A stretch of 64,000 nucleotides of DNA from Candidatus Latescibacterota bacterium (GCA_965198115.1 OZ240241.1:1920001-1984000), one strand, 5' to 3'; counted from the first letter of the stretch, positions 22,301-33,798 are shown. Made by a program: numbers and translations. The notes: generated by a model from the letters alone, not told the origin.

Positions 22301-23450
22301 GTGGGTCCTGGCCGAACCGATCGGCCAGCGCCTCCACCAGATCGGGCTGTTCGATCAAGGTCCGGTAAGAAAAAATGACGTAGCCGTCGAGCCCCGTCGC
22401 CGTGGCCTTCTCGGCTTGCAACAGCGTGTCCGCCGCACGCTGATTCCACGCACCGATGCCTGCCAGAACGTGACCCTTCAGCGCATACCGCCGCACGGCC
22501 TCCATCTGTTGAGACAGTTCATCGAGCGATCCAACGTAGAACATGGGCACGACAAAATCGACATATCGGCGATTGAGCCACCGCACCCAATCCTGGCCAT
22601 ACCGGCGGTAGGCCCGGAGAATGTCGGGTTTTACCGCTGCCGAAACGCGGATCTCCGGCCGGATCTGACGGCAAAGCCGCTTCACACGCTGGACAAACTG
22701 CGTCACGTGGTCGCTCCGCCAAGCGACCCACGCGCTCCGATCCGCATCGTCCATCTCTCGAGGGTTCCGACGATAGGACTGCTCGAAAGCCGCAGTGGCT
22801 GTGGGGCTGTAGTCGTAGTGTTCATTGGGGTAGCGAACGTAGTCGAGATGCAGACCGTTCACCGGGTAGCGGCGTAACAATTCGTTCGCGACGGCAAGCA
22901 GATGACGTCCAACGCCGGGATGTGAAGGGGACAGATATCGCCCCTCGACACCCCTCGGCCTCAGATCGACCCCGAGGTCGGTGGCCCCCATGTCGATGCC
23001 ATCGATCGATGTTGCGAACCAGTCGGGATGTTTCACAAGCACGTGGGTGTCCGAGTTGGGCCAACCATCGGTATACCACGTGAGGTAAACATTGAACCAG
23101 GCGTGGACGGTCAGCCCGTGGTCTCGCGCCTGCGCCAGAACATCCGCGAGGGGGTCGAATCCCTCCTCCACGTCCTCGGCCAGGGGCACGAGCGCGCTGC
23201 GGTAGTACGCGTTTCCGCGTCCCCGCACCTGCACGAACAACGTCGTCGTCCCCGCTCGAACGGCCGTCTCGACAACCTCACGCACCCCCGCCGCTGTCGC
23301 GATGTCGTGCCGAACGACCCAGAGCCCCCGCACCGGTGCAGACCGGGCCTCCACGGGTGACCGGAATCCCAGAGCCAGGACCAGCAAAAAGGGCAAGCCG
23401 ACCCACTGGCCAGCTTGCCCCGAACAGGCACGTTCTGAGATCGACGTCAC
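22290..23450 (-). CDS. Glycosyl hydrolase-like family 10 (GHL10/DUF187) protein
   Basis: VRGLWV, FVQVRGRG, VHAWFN, GLHLDYVRYP; N-terminal hydrophobic segment. Confidence 0.82.
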   Translation of the reverse strand: MTSISERACSGQAGQWVGLPFLLVLALGFRSPVEARSAPVRGLWVVRHDIATAAGVREVVETAVRAGTTTLFVQVRGRGNAYYRSALVPLAEDVEEGFDPLADVLAQARDHGLTVHAWFNVYLTWYTDGWPNSDTHVLVKHPDWFATSIDGIDMGATDLGVDLRPRGVEGRYLSPSHPGVGRHLLAVANELLRRYPVNGLHLDYVRYPNEHYDYSPTATAAFEQSYRRNPREMDDADRSAWVAWRSDHVTQFVQRVKRLCRQIRPEIRVSAAVKPDILRAYRRYGQDWVRWLNRRYVDFVVPMFYVGSLDELSQQMEAVRRYALKGHVLAGIGAWNQRAADTLLQAEKATATGLDGYVIFSYRTLIEQPDLVEALADRFGQDPRDG

Positions 23451-24040
23451 GCCTTTTTTTCGTCTCCTTCGTCATCTGCATCAGGATCGGCTTCCTTTGC
23501 GAAATCGGCTTCCGCCGTCTCGTCGTCTTCCTCCTCTTCCGACGCTTCGCCGTCGGAGTCGTCCGATTCGGCCTCCACCACATCTACTTCCTCTTCAGCC
23601 ACCTCGTCCTCCACGTCCGTCTCGCTCTGACCGTCTTCGCTGACCGCCGTACTCGAGGCGGTATCCGCGAAGTCGGCACGACGCTCCGATCCCACGAGTT
23701 CGATCAAACAGACCTCCGTCGCATCGCCCCGACGCGGCCCCAGATTCAGAACGCGTGTGTAGCCTCCTTCTCGTTCGGCGAATGACGGCCCGATCTCGTC
23801 GAACAGCTTCGACACGACCACCTTGTTCCGAATTCGCCTCAACACCATTCGCCGAGCGTGCAGATCGCCTCGTTTTGCGAACGTGATCAGCCGCTCGGCC
23901 ACCTGGCGCAACTCCTTCGCCTTCGGGCGTGTCGTGCGGATGGTGCCGTGCATGAACAGAGACGTCGCCAGATTGTTCATGGTCGCTTTCTTGTGGCTGG
24001 CCGTGCGACCGAGCTTGCGCCCTCGTTTTCCGTGCCTCAT
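23447..24040 (-). CDS. rplQ: 50S ribosomal protein L17 with a long acidic C-terminal tail
   Basis: MRHGKRGRKLGRTASH. Confidence 0.97.
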   Translation of the reverse strand: MRHGKRGRKLGRTASHKKATMNNLATSLFMHGTIRTTRPKAKELRQVAERLITFAKRGDLHARRMVLRRIRNKVVVSKLFDEIGPSFAEREGGYTRVLNLGPRRGDATEVCLIELVGSERRADFADTASSTAVSEDGQSETDVEDEVAEEEVDVVEAESDDSDGEASEEEEDDETAEADFAKEADPDADDEGDEKKA

Positions 24041-24060
24041 AACTTCCGTCTACCTTCAGC

Positions 24061-25077
24061 TTAGAAATCTTCGTCGATCACCGCCATTGGCTCGGACTTC
24101 GTGGCGACGTCTTTGTACTTGGACGTGTCCATCCCGAATTGGAGGCCAAGACCCTCCAGGATCGCGTTCAGTTCATTCAGCGATTTCCGGCCGAAATTCC
24201 GAAACTTCAACATTTCGGGCTCACTCCGCCCGACGAGATCTTCCAGTGTAATGATGTCGGCCGCCTTCAGACAGTTGGCCGACCGGACCGACAGTTCGAG
24301 CTCTTCGACCTGCATCTTCAAGAGTTGGGCGACGCGCTGAGTCTCCTCGTCCACGACCTCTTCCTCTTCGGCCGCGGGCTCCTCATCGAAGTTGATGAAC
24401 AGCTCCAGATGGTCCTTCAGAGTCTTGGCCGCGTGAGCGACCCCGTCGTCGGGTCGAACGACGCCGTTCGTCCACACCTCCATCGTCAGTTTATCATAGT
24501 CCGTCTGCTGACCGACCCTGGCGTTGTCGACTTCATAGTGCACTTTGCGAATCGGTGAAAAGGCTGAATCCAGGGCGATCGTGCCCATCGAGTGCTCCGT
24601 AGACTTGTTCGTGTCCGCGAGTACGTAGCCCCGGCCTTTCCCGATCGTTATTTCCATGTCGAGCACACCGTCCTTGTCGAGGGTGGCGATATGCTGATCC
24701 GGATTCATCACTTCGATCTGGGCATCGACCTGGAGGTCCTTCGCCGCTAGTGAGCCCGCGCCCTCTTTCTTGACCTGGATCTGCTTCTCTTCGCTATCCA
24801 AAAGACGAATGTTCACTTCTTTCAGGTTCAGGATGATCTCGGTCACGTCTTCGACCACACCATCCAACACAGAAAACTCGTGTTGTACGCCCTCGATTTT
24901 GACGGCTTTCACAGCCGCACCTTCGATCGATGAAAGGAGCACGCGCCTCAGCGCGTTCCCGATCGTTGTTCCGAATCCCCGTTCGAGAGGCTGGACCGTG
25001 AACTGGCCAAAGGTATCCGTCAGCGTCTCTTCGTCGATCAGCACCGATCGGGGCATTTGGAAATTCTTGGGCTTCAT
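24061..25077 (-). CDS. rpoA: RNA polymerase alpha subunit
   Basis: PLERGFGTTIGNALRRVLLSS. Confidence 0.98.
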   Translation of the reverse strand: MKPKNFQMPRSVLIDEETLTDTFGQFTVQPLERGFGTTIGNALRRVLLSSIEGAAVKAVKIEGVQHEFSVLDGVVEDVTEIILNLKEVNIRLLDSEEKQIQVKKEGAGSLAAKDLQVDAQIEVMNPDQHIATLDKDGVLDMEITIGKGRGYVLADTNKSTEHSMGTIALDSAFSPIRKVHYEVDNARVGQQTDYDKLTMEVWTNGVVRPDDGVAHAAKTLKDHLELFINFDEEPAAEEEEVVDEETQRVAQLLKMQVEELELSVRSANCLKAADIITLEDLVGRSEPEMLKFRNFGRKSLNELNAILEGLGLQFGMDTSKYKDVATKSEPMAVIDEDF

Positions 25078-25113
25078 GCAGGCGTTCTCCTTGGGTTTCG
25101 TCTGGAGAGGTGG

Positions 25114-25743
25114 TTACTTGGAGTACAGCTCGACAATCAGGTGTTCCTCGACTGCCGTGGGGATATCTTCTCGGTTCGGCCGCTCGAGGAATTGCCCGCT
25201 TAGGTTGACCTTGTCGACTGTGAGCCACGGCACCTGGCGTCCTTCACCCATGCGTTTGAGCGAGTCGTGAACGAGCGCGAGTTGGCGGCTCTTCTCACAC
25301 AGCTGGATGGTGTCGCCGGTCGCGACCTGGTAGGAAGGGATGTCGACGCGCTTTTCATTGACCGTGATGTGCCCGTGTCGTACGAGCTGACGTGCGGATT
25401 TCCGAGAAGGCGCGAACCCGAGCCGGTAGACGACGTTATCGAGCCGTGCTTCGAGCATCTGAAGGAGGGTCTCGCCCGTCACGCCACGACGACGTGCCGA
25501 CTCTTTATAATATCCGCGGAACTGGTTTTCGAGAACCCCGTACTGGCGCTTTGCCTTTTGCTTTTCGCGTAGCTGCATCGCGTATTCGGACGGCTTGCGA
25601 CTCGGCCTCTGACCGTGCTGTCCGGGTGCGTAGTTTCGCCGGTCGACGGCGCATTTGTCGAGATAGCAGCGCTCTCCCTTGAGGAAGAGCTTCACGCCCT
25701 CCCGGCGACAGAGCTTGCAATTGGGGCCCGTATACCTGGCCAT
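25114..25743 (-). CDS. rpsD: 30S ribosomal protein S4
   Basis: [26 protein letters not shown]. Confidence 0.98.
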   Translation of the reverse strand: MARYTGPNCKLCRREGVKLFLKGERCYLDKCAVDRRNYAPGQHGQRPSRKPSEYAMQLREKQKAKRQYGVLENQFRGYYKESARRRGVTGETLLQMLEARLDNVVYRLGFAPSRKSARQLVRHGHITVNEKRVDIPSYQVATGDTIQLCEKSRQLALVHDSLKRMGEGRQVPWLTVDKVNLSGQFLERPNREDIPTAVEEHLIVELYSK

Positions 25744-25768
25744 TCAGATCTCCCTCAGTTTCTTCTCG

Positions 25769-26149
25769 TTACACTCTGCGACGTTTTGGTGGTCGACATC
25801 CATTGTGGGGAATCGGCGTCACGTCTTTAATCGCCGAGATTTCCAACCCGGCGCCCTGCAGCGACCGCACGGCGGCCTCTCGCCCAACGCCCGGGCCCTT
25901 GACCCAGACCTCGACGCGCCGTAGTCCCATCGCCATCGCCTCTTTTGCGGCGGCTTCGGCCGCCATCTGCGCCGCGAACGGTGTGCTTTTCTTCGAACCC
26001 TTGAAGGCGACCTTGCCCGTCGACGCCCAGGAGATGGTGTTCCCTTCCTTGTCGGTCAACGTGACGATCGTGTTGTTAAAGCTCGCTCTGATGTGCGCGA
26101 CGCCCATCGCGTCCACACGCTTGGCCCTTCTTCTGCCTCTCGGTGGCAA
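25769..26149 (-). CDS. rpsK: 30S ribosomal protein S11
   Basis: [27 protein letters not shown]; TTG start after GAGGAG. Confidence 0.96.
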   Translation of the reverse strand: MPPRGRRRAKRVDAMGVAHIRASFNNTIVTLTDKEGNTISWASTGKVAFKGSKKSTPFAAQMAAEAAAKEAMAMGLRRVEVWVKGPGVGREAAVRSLQGAGLEISAIKDVTPIPHNGCRPPKRRRV

Positions 26150-26169
26150 GTGTGTCTCCTCTATGCGGC

Positions 26170-26544
26170 TCAGGTCGCCTTGCGACGTCCGACCTGGCCC
26201 TTTTTCGGACCCTTGCGGGTGCGGGCGTTCGTTCGTGTACGCTGTCCGTGCATCGGCAAGCCACGACGCCAGCGCAGCCCCCGATAGCAACCGATGTCCA
26301 TCAGGCGTTTGATGTTCATGGCCACTTCGCTGCGGAGTTCGCCCTCGACCTTGTAGCCCCCTTCGATCACGCTCCGCAGCCGACCAAGATCTTCTTCGGT
26401 CAGGGTTTCGACGCGGGTGTCGGGCGAAATCTGCGTAGCCTCGAGGATCTTGCGCGCTGACGTGAGCCCGATCCCGTAAATGTAGGTCAGCGCGACCTCA
26501 ACACGTTTGTCCCTCGGGATATCGATGCCTGCGATACGTGCCAT
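26170..26544 (-). CDS. rpsM: 30S ribosomal protein S13
   Basis: [23 protein letters not shown]. Confidence 0.97.
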   Translation of the reverse strand: MARIAGIDIPRDKRVEVALTYIYGIGLTSARKILEATQISPDTRVETLTEEDLGRLRSVIEGGYKVEGELRSEVAMNIKRLMDIGCYRGLRWRRGLPMHGQRTRTNARTRKGPKKGQVGRRKAT

Positions 26545-26564
26545 AGACGGCAGCCTCCCTTGGA

Positions 26565-26681
26565 TTAGCCCTGACGTTGCTTGTGGCGGGGATTCATTTT
26601 GCAAATGACGCGAACGACACCGCGTCGCCGGATGATCTTGCAATGATTGCATCGCTTGCTGACCGAAGAGGAAACCTTCAT
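26565..26681 (-). CDS. rpmJ: 50S ribosomal protein L36 (Zn-binding type; absent from the ORF track)
   Basis: [38 protein letters not shown]. Confidence 0.95.
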   Translation of the reverse strand: MKVSSSVSKRCNHCKIIRRRGVVRVICKMNPRHKQRQG

Positions 26682-26696
26682 AGCGAACCCTTCCTG

Positions 26697-28037
26697 CTAC
26701 CCGCGACGTCCGCGAATGCGTCCTTTTTTCATAAACCCGTCGTAGTGCCGCATGAGCAGGTGCGATTCAACCTGCTGGAGGGTGTCTAGCGCAACACCCA
26801 CGATGATGAGAAGACCCGTTCCTCCAAAAAAGTCCGTCAGACCGGGGTGAATGTTCAGACTCTCGACGACGAAGAACGGAAACACGGCGATCCCCGCCAG
26901 GAAGATCGAACCGGGAAGCGTGATCCGTGTCAAGATCCGGTCGATGTAGTCGGACGTTCGCTTTCCCGGCCGCACCCCTGGAATGAAACCACCCTGGCGC
27001 TTCATGTTATCGGCGAGGTCGACAGGATTGAAGACAATCGCCGTGTAGAAGTAGGCGAAGAAGATGATCATCAGGCTGTAGAGAATCCAATAGGGCAGCG
27101 ACTGCGCGGTACCCCCGGGCGAAAAAGCGACCGCCAGCTGTTGCATCAACTCGATGTCGGGGAAAAAGCTCGCCAGCGTCGACGGCAGAAACATGATCGC
27201 CTGCGCAAAAATGATCGGCATCACCCCCGAAACATTGACCTTTAGGGGAATATGCGTCGTCTGCCCGCCGTAGACGCGTCGCCCCACCACACGCTTGGCG
27301 TACTGCACCGGGATCTTACGTGTGCCCTGCGTCAACATCACAGTGAGGGCGGTGACCCCCGCGATGATCGCGAGCACGAAAAGCTCCAAAAAGATGCTCT
27401 TGTCGTTCGTGACGAAGTCGCTGTATTCCTGGCCGACCGCCCACGGCAATCTGGCGATGATGCCGATGAAGATGAGCATCGACATCCCGTTCCCGATGCC
27501 ACTCGCGTCGATCTGCTCCCCGAGCCACATGATGAACACGGTGCCGGCCGTGATCGTCAGAACCGTGAGTGCCGCGAACCCCCATCCGGGCTCGACCACG
27601 ACCGAGGCGCCCGTAATCGGCGAACGCAACGACTCGAGGAAGTAGGAGACCCCGAACGACTGTGCGGCCGCCAGCCCCACGGTCCCATAGCGCGTATACT
27701 GCGTGATCTTCTTCCGTCCTTCTTCGCCTTCCTTTTGGAGCTTTTGCAGGAAAGGGATGACCGCGCCCATCAACTGAATGATGATCGACGCACTGATGTA
27801 AGGCATGATCCCGAGGGCGAAAACCGTCGCGCGCGTAAACGCCCCACCGACGAACATGTCGTACATGGAGAACAGGGTCCGATCGGCCCCCGAGAAGAAT
27901 TCCTGCAGCGCGATCCGGTCGATACCCGGAATCGGAACCTGTCCGCCGATCCGGTAAACGACAAGAATCCCGAGCGTGAACAAGATCTTGTTTCGCAGCT
28001 CGGGAATACGGAAGGCACTCTGGAATGACTTCAGCAC
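26697..28037 (-). CDS. secY: Preprotein translocase subunit SecY
   Basis: [32 protein letters not shown]. Confidence 0.98.
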   Translation of the reverse strand: MLKSFQSAFRIPELRNKILFTLGILVVYRIGGQVPIPGIDRIALQEFFSGADRTLFSMYDMFVGGAFTRATVFALGIMPYISASIIIQLMGAVIPFLQKLQKEGEEGRKKITQYTRYGTVGLAAAQSFGVSYFLESLRSPITGASVVVEPGWGFAALTVLTITAGTVFIMWLGEQIDASGIGNGMSMLIFIGIIARLPWAVGQEYSDFVTNDKSIFLELFVLAIIAGVTALTVMLTQGTRKIPVQYAKRVVGRRVYGGQTTHIPLKVNVSGVMPIIFAQAIMFLPSTLASFFPDIELMQQLAVAFSPGGTAQSLPYWILYSLMIIFFAYFYTAIVFNPVDLADNMKRQGGFIPGVRPGKRTSDYIDRILTRITLPGSIFLAGIAVFPFFVVESLNIHPGLTDFFGGTGLLIIVGVALDTLQQVESHLLMRHYDGFMKKGRIRGRRG

Positions 28038-28553
28038 TTACGCGTCCTCCGAATCCTCTCTGTCCGACGTCGACTCTTCGTCGGATGACCCCTCTTCGTC
28101 CGACGCCGGAGCCTCGGCACCGGCCACCGACCCTCCCGCTCGCGAGATCTTGTCGATGGCTGACCCCGAAACCTTGATACCGTCCTGCACGTGAACCGTC
28201 TGTGACAGATCGCCCTGGCCCAGAATCTTCACGGGTCGCTGCGTGGAGCCGATCAGTCCGGCCTTCTTCAACACCACCACCGTCACCTCGCCCGAGATGC
28301 CCTTACGTTCCAGATCGCTCACGTTCAGCACCTGGTTGTCGGGTCTGGTAGAATTGAACCCGACCTTCGGAAGCCGCCGCTGTATGGGCATCTGGCCCCC
28401 TTCGAACCAGGGCTTGACACCGCCTCCTGACCTCGAATTCTGGCCCTTGTGTCCCTTCCCACTCGTCTTTCCCTTCCCCGAGCCGGCGCCCATTCCCAAA
28501 CGTTTCTTCTTTCGGCGCGCCCCTTTCGGCGCGCGAATGCTCCCGAGTTCCAC
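28038..28553 (-). CDS. rplO: 50S ribosomal protein L15
   Basis: GKGHKGQNSRSG, FEGGQMP. Confidence 0.97.
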   Translation of the reverse strand: MELGSIRAPKGARRKKKRLGMGAGSGKGKTSGKGHKGQNSRSGGGVKPWFEGGQMPIQRRLPKVGFNSTRPDNQVLNVSDLERKGISGEVTVVVLKKAGLIGSTQRPVKILGQGDLSQTVHVQDGIKVSGSAIDKISRAGGSVAGAEAPASDEEGSSDEESTSDREDSEDA

Positions 28554-28554
28554 G

Positions 28555-28734
28555 CTACACCTCTTCTACCGTTACCAGGTGGGACACGACGCCAATCATG
28601 CCAACGATCTGGGGTGTTCCCTCGTGTTCAACACTATGGTTGAGACGCCGGATTCCGAGCGCTTCGAGCGTCAGCTTCTGCTTCTTCTGCCGTTTGATCG
28701 CGCTACGGACTTGCGTGATTTTGACCTTTGCCAT
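28555..28734 (-). CDS. rpmD: 50S ribosomal protein L30 (absent from the ORF track)
   Basis: [13 protein letters not shown]...[13 protein letters not shown]. Confidence 0.93.
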   Translation of the reverse strand: MAKVKITQVRSAIKRQKKQKLTLEALGIRRLNHSVEHEGTPQIVGMIGVVSHLVTVEEV

Positions 28735-28737
28735 GGC

Positions 28738-29256
28738 TCAGCTTGCCACCTTCACGAGATCGGCGACATCGACACCGCGGAGCTCGGCAAAAGCTCGAGC
28801 ATCGCGCAAAGAGAGCAGCCCGTTCAAGACCGCTTTGACCGTGTTGTGAGGGTTCTTCGACCCGAGTGACTTGCTAAGTACATTCTGAATCCCGGCCAGT
28901 TCGAGGACAGCACGGGTGCCTCCTCCTGCGATCACGCCGGTTCCGGGGGCAGCAGGCTTCAGGAGCACACGCGCGGCACCGAACTCTCCGATGATTTCGT
29001 GAGGGATCGTTCCATTGATGACGGGAACGCGAACCAACTGTTTTTTTGCGTTCTCGGAGCCCTTTCGAATCGCTTCGGCGACTTCCCCCGCCTTCCCCAT
29101 GCCCACACCCACGTGCCCCTTGCGGTCACCGACGACGACGAGGGCGTTGAAGGAGAATCGTCGCCCGCCCTTGCGTACGTGCGAAACACGGTTGATGCTG
29201 TTGTTGATGACCACTTCGGTGAGATCAAGTCCTGTGGCGTCGATCTTGGCCAACAC
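28738..29256 (-). CDS. rpsE: 30S ribosomal protein S5
   Basis: [25 protein letters not shown]. Confidence 0.97.
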   Translation of the reverse strand: MLAKIDATGLDLTEVVINNSINRVSHVRKGGRRFSFNALVVVGDRKGHVGVGMGKAGEVAEAIRKGSENAKKQLVRVPVINGTIPHEIIGEFGAARVLLKPAAPGTGVIAGGGTRAVLELAGIQNVLSKSLGSKNPHNTVKAVLNGLLSLRDARAFAELRGVDVADLVKVAS

Positions 29257-29291
29257 GGCCTCCTTAACGAGTTACCTGAAGTTCCTTCACG

Positions 29292-29660
29292 TTAGAACTG
29301 AAGACCACCTTCGCGCGCGCCCTCAGCGAGCGCCTTGACCCGTCCGTGGTAGAGATACCCACCCCGGTCGAACACGACCTGCTCGATGCCGGCTTCGAGG
29401 GCTTTCTCGGCGAGGGCCTTGCCGACCTCTCGAGAGGTGTCGCACTTTCCCTCGAGACCCGCGACACGATCGGCCAGCGACGGCGAATAGCTTGCGATTC
29501 CGAGCAGAGCTCGACCTGAGACATCGTCGATCAGCTGCGCCTGAACGTGCTTGTGACCGCGGAACACGGCAAGCCGGGGACGCTCGGCGGTGCCGAAGAT
29601 CCTGTTTCGGATCCGCATGCGTCTCCTTTTTCGCATATCTCTGTTCGAGTACTTTGGCAC
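29292..29660 (-). CDS. rplR: 50S ribosomal protein L18
   Basis: RPRLAVFR, FDRGGYLYHGRV. Confidence 0.96.
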   Translation of the reverse strand: MPKYSNRDMRKRRRMRIRNRIFGTAERPRLAVFRGHKHVQAQLIDDVSGRALLGIASYSPSLADRVAGLEGKCDTSREVGKALAEKALEAGIEQVVFDRGGYLYHGRVKALAEGAREGGLQF

Positions 29661-29679
29661 GGATGACCCTTCCGATCCG

Positions 29680-30246
29680 TCAAACGACGGCTGTCTTACC
29701 CTGTTTGCGGCGGACATACTCGTCGGCGTAGCGAATTCCCTTGCCCTTGTAGGGCTCCGGGGGTCGCACCTTTCTCACCTCGGCTGCCGTCCGACCCACG
29801 AGCTCCTTGCTCGCCCCTTTTACCACCACGGTGGCCTGCGCCCCTTCGGGCTCCGGGGGGGGCTGATCGATGGAAAACTCGATGCCGGCCGGCGGGGGGA
29901 CCGAGACGATGTGACTGAAACCCACCTGCAAGTCGAGATTCTTGCCTTTCAGGTCGGCGCGGTATCCGATGCCAACGACAACCAGCCGCTTTTCGAAACC
30001 CTTGGTGACACCTTCGACGGCATTCGCGAGCAGCGCCCGCGTCAGCCCCCACACGGCCTTGCTGCGCTGATCGCTCTCATCTTCGACCGCGACCCGCAGC
30101 TCATCACCTGCTTGAGTCACCGCGGTGAGCTCGTTCACCAGCACGTCAAGGGTGCCGTTCGGACCTTTGACCGTGGCCAGACCCCCGTTGACGCGAACGT
30201 CGACGCCACTCGGAATCGGGATGGGCTGTTTGCCGATGCGTGACAC
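29680..30246 (-). CDS. rplF: 50S ribosomal protein L6
   Basis: MSRIGKQPI, PEPYKGKGIRY. Confidence 0.97.
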   Translation of the reverse strand: MSRIGKQPIPIPSGVDVRVNGGLATVKGPNGTLDVLVNELTAVTQAGDELRVAVEDESDQRSKAVWGLTRALLANAVEGVTKGFEKRLVVVGIGYRADLKGKNLDLQVGFSHIVSVPPPAGIEFSIDQPPPEPEGAQATVVVKGASKELVGRTAAEVRKVRPPEPYKGKGIRYADEYVRRKQGKTAVV

Positions 30247-30264
30247 GATGATGGCTCCTTCAGC

Positions 30265-30660
30265 CTACCAGATACTGCAAAGCACTTCGCCGCCGACACC
30301 TGCCTCGCGGGCTTCGTCGTCGCACAAGATACCCGACGGCGTCGACACAATGGCCAGACCCAACCCGTTGAGGACACGCGGGATGTCCTTCTTCTTCACA
30401 TATCTTCGCAACCCGGGACGACTCAGTCGCTTCATCCCCTGGATGGCGCTCACCTCTTCCTCCGTGTACTTCAGGTAGAGGCGCAGGTACCCCTGCCGGT
30501 TGTCCTCGACGTGGGCAAAGTTGTGAATGAACCCGCGCTCCTTCAGGATGCGTGCGATTTCCCGCTTCACCCTCGAACTGGGAATATCGACTTTGCGGTG
30601 ACACGCCATGGTGGCGTTACGCACCCGCGTAAGCATATCCGCGATGGGGTCTGTCATCAT
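30265..30660 (-). CDS. rpsH: 30S ribosomal protein S8
   Basis: TDPIADMLTRVRN, SRPGLRRY. Confidence 0.97.
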   Translation of the reverse strand: MMTDPIADMLTRVRNATMACHRKVDIPSSRVKREIARILKERGFIHNFAHVEDNRQGYLRLYLKYTEEEVSAIQGMKRLSRPGLRRYVKKKDIPRVLNGLGLAIVSTPSGILCDDEAREAGVGGEVLCSIW

Positions 30661-30684
30661 AAGTCGGTTTGTCCTAAGCTTGGG

Positions 30685-30870
30685 CTACCAGCTGGCTTTC
30701 GTCACACCCGGGATTTCGCCCTCGAGCGCCATTTCGCGAAAACAGATGCGACAGACACCGAAGCGGCGGAGAAACGCCCGTGGGCGACCGCACCGTGTGC
30801 AGCGGTTGTAGGCTCGCACCTTGAATTTGGGCTTGCGGTTGGCTCTGGCGATGATCGATTTCTTGGCCAC
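30685..30870 (-). CDS. rpsN: 30S ribosomal protein S14 (short Zn-binding type)
   Basis: RCTRCGRPR...CRICFRE. Confidence 0.96.
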   Translation of the reverse strand: MAKKSIIARANRKPKFKVRAYNRCTRCGRPRAFLRRFGVCRICFREMALEGEIPGVTKASW

Positions 30871-30893
30871 AAACGGTCCTTTCGTCCTTTGCC

Positions 30894-31448
30894 TCAGGCA
30901 GCCTGGGGGCGCTCGAATGGCATGCCGAGCCCCTGTAACAGCTCGAGCGCCTCTTCGTCGGTTTCGGCGGTCGTCACGATCGTGATGTCCAGACCACGGA
31001 CTTCGTCGATCCTGTCATAGTCGATCTCGGGAAAGATGATCTGTTCGCGCACGCCCATCGTGTAATTCCCGCGCCCATCGAAAGACCGGGTCGTCAGACC
31101 GCGGAAATCGCGAATGCGGGGAATGGCGAACGAAAAGAACCGGTCCATGAACTCCCACATGCGTTCCCGTCGCAGCGTGACCGCGCACCCTACGGGCATC
31201 CCTTCGCGAAGCTTGAAGTTGGACACCGACCGCTTCGCGCGGCGAATCGTCGGCCTCTGCCCCGCGATCACCGAAAGATCTTCGACCGCGCTTTCGATCG
31301 ATTTCGGATTCTGCACTGCACCACCGACGCCCATGTTCAAAACGACCTTTTCCACACGGGGCACTTGCATCAGGTTCGAGTATCCGAATCGACTTCGGAG
31401 CGCCTCGACGACTTCCTTTTCGTAATGTTCTCGCAGCCTGGTCGCCAT
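30894..31448 (-). CDS. rplE: 50S ribosomal protein L5
   Basis: [15 protein letters not shown]. Confidence 0.97.
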   Translation of the reverse strand: MATRLREHYEKEVVEALRSRFGYSNLMQVPRVEKVVLNMGVGGAVQNPKSIESAVEDLSVIAGQRPTIRRAKRSVSNFKLREGMPVGCAVTLRRERMWEFMDRFFSFAIPRIRDFRGLTTRSFDGRGNYTMGVREQIIFPEIDYDRIDEVRGLDITIVTTAETDEEALELLQGLGMPFERPQAA

Positions 31449-31460
31449 GGTCGATCTCCG

Positions 31461-31784
31461 CTATGCGTCCGGGATCTGCTCGCCGCTTCGCGAGGCAACC
31501 CGAACCTTCGTGCCGTCTTCCAGAATCCGACGCCCAACGCGCGTGCGTTCACCACTCTGTGGATCCACGAGCATCAGCTTCGACAGATGCACCGCGCCTT
31601 CCTTCTCCACGATTCCGCCCTGCTGGTTGTGCTGGCTCGGCCGTTCGTGACGCTTGACGAAGTGGATTCCCTCTACGATCGCGCGTTCCCTTTCGGGAAT
31701 CACCTGGAGAACGGTGCCGCGCTTGCCGGCATCGACACCGCTGATCACTTCGACCGTGTCGCCTTTCCTGACTCTCGACTTCAA
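31461..31784 (-). CDS. rplX: 50S ribosomal protein L24
   Basis: KOW motif KGDTVEVISG. Confidence 0.96.
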   Translation of the reverse strand: MKSRVRKGDTVEVISGVDAGKRGTVLQVIPERERAIVEGIHFVKRHERPSQHNQQGGIVEKEGAVHLSKLMLVDPQSGERTRVGRRILEDGTKVRVASRSGEQIPDA

Positions 31785-31795
31785 GACGTTTCCTC

Positions 31796-32164
31796 TCAGA
31801 TTACTTCGGGGGCGAGTGAAACGATTCGCATAAATCTCTTCTCTCGCAGCTCCCGCGCCACCGGCCCGAAAATCCGCGTGCCTCGCGGCTCGCCTTCGGG
31901 GCTGATTAGAACCGCGGCGTTGTCATCGAACCGAACATACGAGCCGTCGGCTCGGCGAACTTCCTTCTTCGTCCGAACAACGATCGCGCGGGCCACTTCG
32001 CCCTTCTTCACACCCGCGTTGGGCTGGGCGCTCTTGACCGAGACGACGATCGTGTCTCCAAGCCTCGCGTAGCGGCGTTTGGTGCCGCCAAGCACGCGGA
32101 AACACATCACCTTTCGGGCGCCCGAGTTGTCGGCGCAATTCAATACCGTGTATTCCCTGACCAT
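31796..32164 (-). CDS. rplN: 50S ribosomal protein L14
   Basis: [20 protein letters not shown]. Confidence 0.97.
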   Translation of the reverse strand: MVREYTVLNCADNSGARKVMCFRVLGGTKRRYARLGDTIVVSVKSAQPNAGVKKGEVARAIVVRTKKEVRRADGSYVRFDDNAAVLISPEGEPRGTRIFGPVARELREKRFMRIVSLAPEVI

Positions 32165-32184
32165 CGCTCTCGTCTCTCTGCTCT

Positions 32185-32451
32185 CTACTGGGCCCGCTCG
32201 AGGATCTCCGCGACACGCCACCGCTTGGTCTTGCTGAGCGGCCGCGTCTCGACAATCCGGACAGTGTCACCGATGTGGGCGTCGTTGTTTTCATCGTGTG
32301 CCGTGAATCGCGTCGAACGCTGCACGACCTTACCGTAAAGCGGGTGCGGTACGCGCCGGCTCACGCGAACGATCACCGTCTTGTTCGATCTGTCGCTGAC
32401 GACCTCGCCAATCCGAATTTTGCGTCGGCCCCGTGCAGGTGCTTCCGTCAT
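32185..32451 (-). CDS. rpsQ: 30S ribosomal protein S17
   Basis: [17 protein letters not shown]. Confidence 0.96.
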   Translation of the reverse strand: MTEAPARGRRKIRIGEVVSDRSNKTVIVRVSRRVPHPLYGKVVQRSTRFTAHDENNDAHIGDTVRIVETRPLSKTKRWRVAEILERAQ

Positions 32452-32456
32452 GCCTC

Positions 32457-32696
32457 TCACTCTCCTCCTTCGTCGCCGGCCGAATCACTGCCGCCCAGCG
32501 AATGGACACCCAGCTCGTGCGCCCGCAGAACCGTCTTCAACCGAGCGACATCTCGCCGTGCCTTCCGGACCGCCAGTCCGTCCTCCAGCTGATGTGTGGC
32601 CAGCTGCAGCCGCAGGTTCGTCAGCTCTTCCTGCTGGTCCTGAATCTGGGCTCGAACCTCGTCGGCGCTCATATCTCTGATTTCGGACGCTTTCAC
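32457..32696 (-). CDS. rpmC: 50S ribosomal protein L29
   Basis: MKASEIR...[11 protein letters not shown]; position in the operon. Confidence 0.94.
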   Translation of the reverse strand: MKASEIRDMSADEVRAQIQDQQEELTNLRLQLATHQLEDGLAVRKARRDVARLKTVLRAHELGVHSLGGSDSAGDEGGE

Positions 32697-33110
32697 CTAA
32701 AGAAATCCCCGCTCGACGAAGCGAACCTTGATCGGCAGCTTTCGTCCGGCCAGCTGGATCGCGCGCGCGGCGTTTTCACGCCCGACGCCCTCGATCTCGA
32801 ACATGATGCGGCCCGGCTTGATCACAGACACCCAGTACTCCGGGCTCCCTTTGCCCTTGCCCATGCGGGTTTCGGCCGGCTTGATCGTGATCGGCTTGTC
32901 CGGGAAGATTCGGATCCAGATCTTGCCGCCGCGCCCGAGAGATCGTGTGATCGCCTGACGTGCGGCCTCGATCTGCCGACTCGTAATCCAACCGGGCTCC
33001 AGAGCCTGGAGACCGAACTCACCGAAGGCGACGCGGCTGCCTCCCTTGGCAGCTCCACGCCTGCGACCCCGCTGCTGCTTCCTCCATTTGACGCGCTTGG
33101 GCATCAACAT
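32697..33110 (-). CDS. rplP: 50S ribosomal protein L16
   Basis: [18 protein letters not shown]. Confidence 0.97.
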   Translation of the reverse strand: MLMPKRVKWRKQQRGRRRGAAKGGSRVAFGEFGLQALEPGWITSRQIEAARQAITRSLGRGGKIWIRIFPDKPITIKPAETRMGKGKGSPEYWVSVIKPGRIMFEIEGVGRENAARAIQLAGRKLPIKVRFVERGFL

Positions 33111-33141
33111 AGCTTACGTTTCCTCTCACCCGAGCCGAGAC

Positions 33142-33798
33142 TCAGATCCCCTCGGGGGCCTCCTGCCCCGACACGACCTCACCGTGGCAAATCCAGACCT
33201 TGACACCGACGGTGCCTGACGTCGTGTAGCCCGTCGAGCGGGCAAAGTCGATGTCGGCTCGCAGTGTGTGCAGAGGCACGCGACCTGCAGGGTCCGTCAT
33301 CTCTCGTCTCGACATTTCGGCCCCACCCAGTCGTCCGGCGCAGATCACCTTGATGCCCTCCGCACCCATCCGGAGCGCCGAAGCTACGGCCCGCTTCATC
33401 GCCCGACGGAAAGACACACGCTGCTCCAACTGGCGAGCGATGTTGTCTGCGACCAGTTGAGCGTTCAGTTCCGGTCGTTTGATTTCCTGGATGTTGATGT
33501 AGATCTCTTTGCCCGTGATGTGCTTCAGCTCGTCGCGCAGCTTGTCGACCTCGGCACCCTTGCGCCCGATCACGATTCCCGGTCGTGCCGTGTGGATCGA
33601 GATCGTCACGCGCTTCGGTGCACGCTCGATATCGACCTTGGCCACACTCGCTCGTTGCAGACGGCTTTTGATGTAACGCCGTAGCATGCTGTCTTCCTGC
33701 AGCAGCGAAGGGTAGTCGCCCTTGGGGGCGAACCATCGGGACGACCAGTCTTTGGATACACCGAGACGAAACCCGATCGGATGTGTCTTCTGACCCAA
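33142..33798 (-). CDS. rpsC: 30S ribosomal protein S3
   Basis: [26 protein letters not shown]. Confidence 0.97.
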   Translation of the reverse strand: MGQKTHPIGFRLGVSKDWSSRWFAPKGDYPSLLQEDSMLRRYIKSRLQRASVAKVDIERAPKRVTISIHTARPGIVIGRKGAEVDKLRDELKHITGKEIYINIQEIKRPELNAQLVADNIARQLEQRVSFRRAMKRAVASALRMGAEGIKVICAGRLGGAEMSRREMTDPAGRVPLHTLRADIDFARSTGYTTSGTVGVKVWICHGEVVSGQEAPEGI

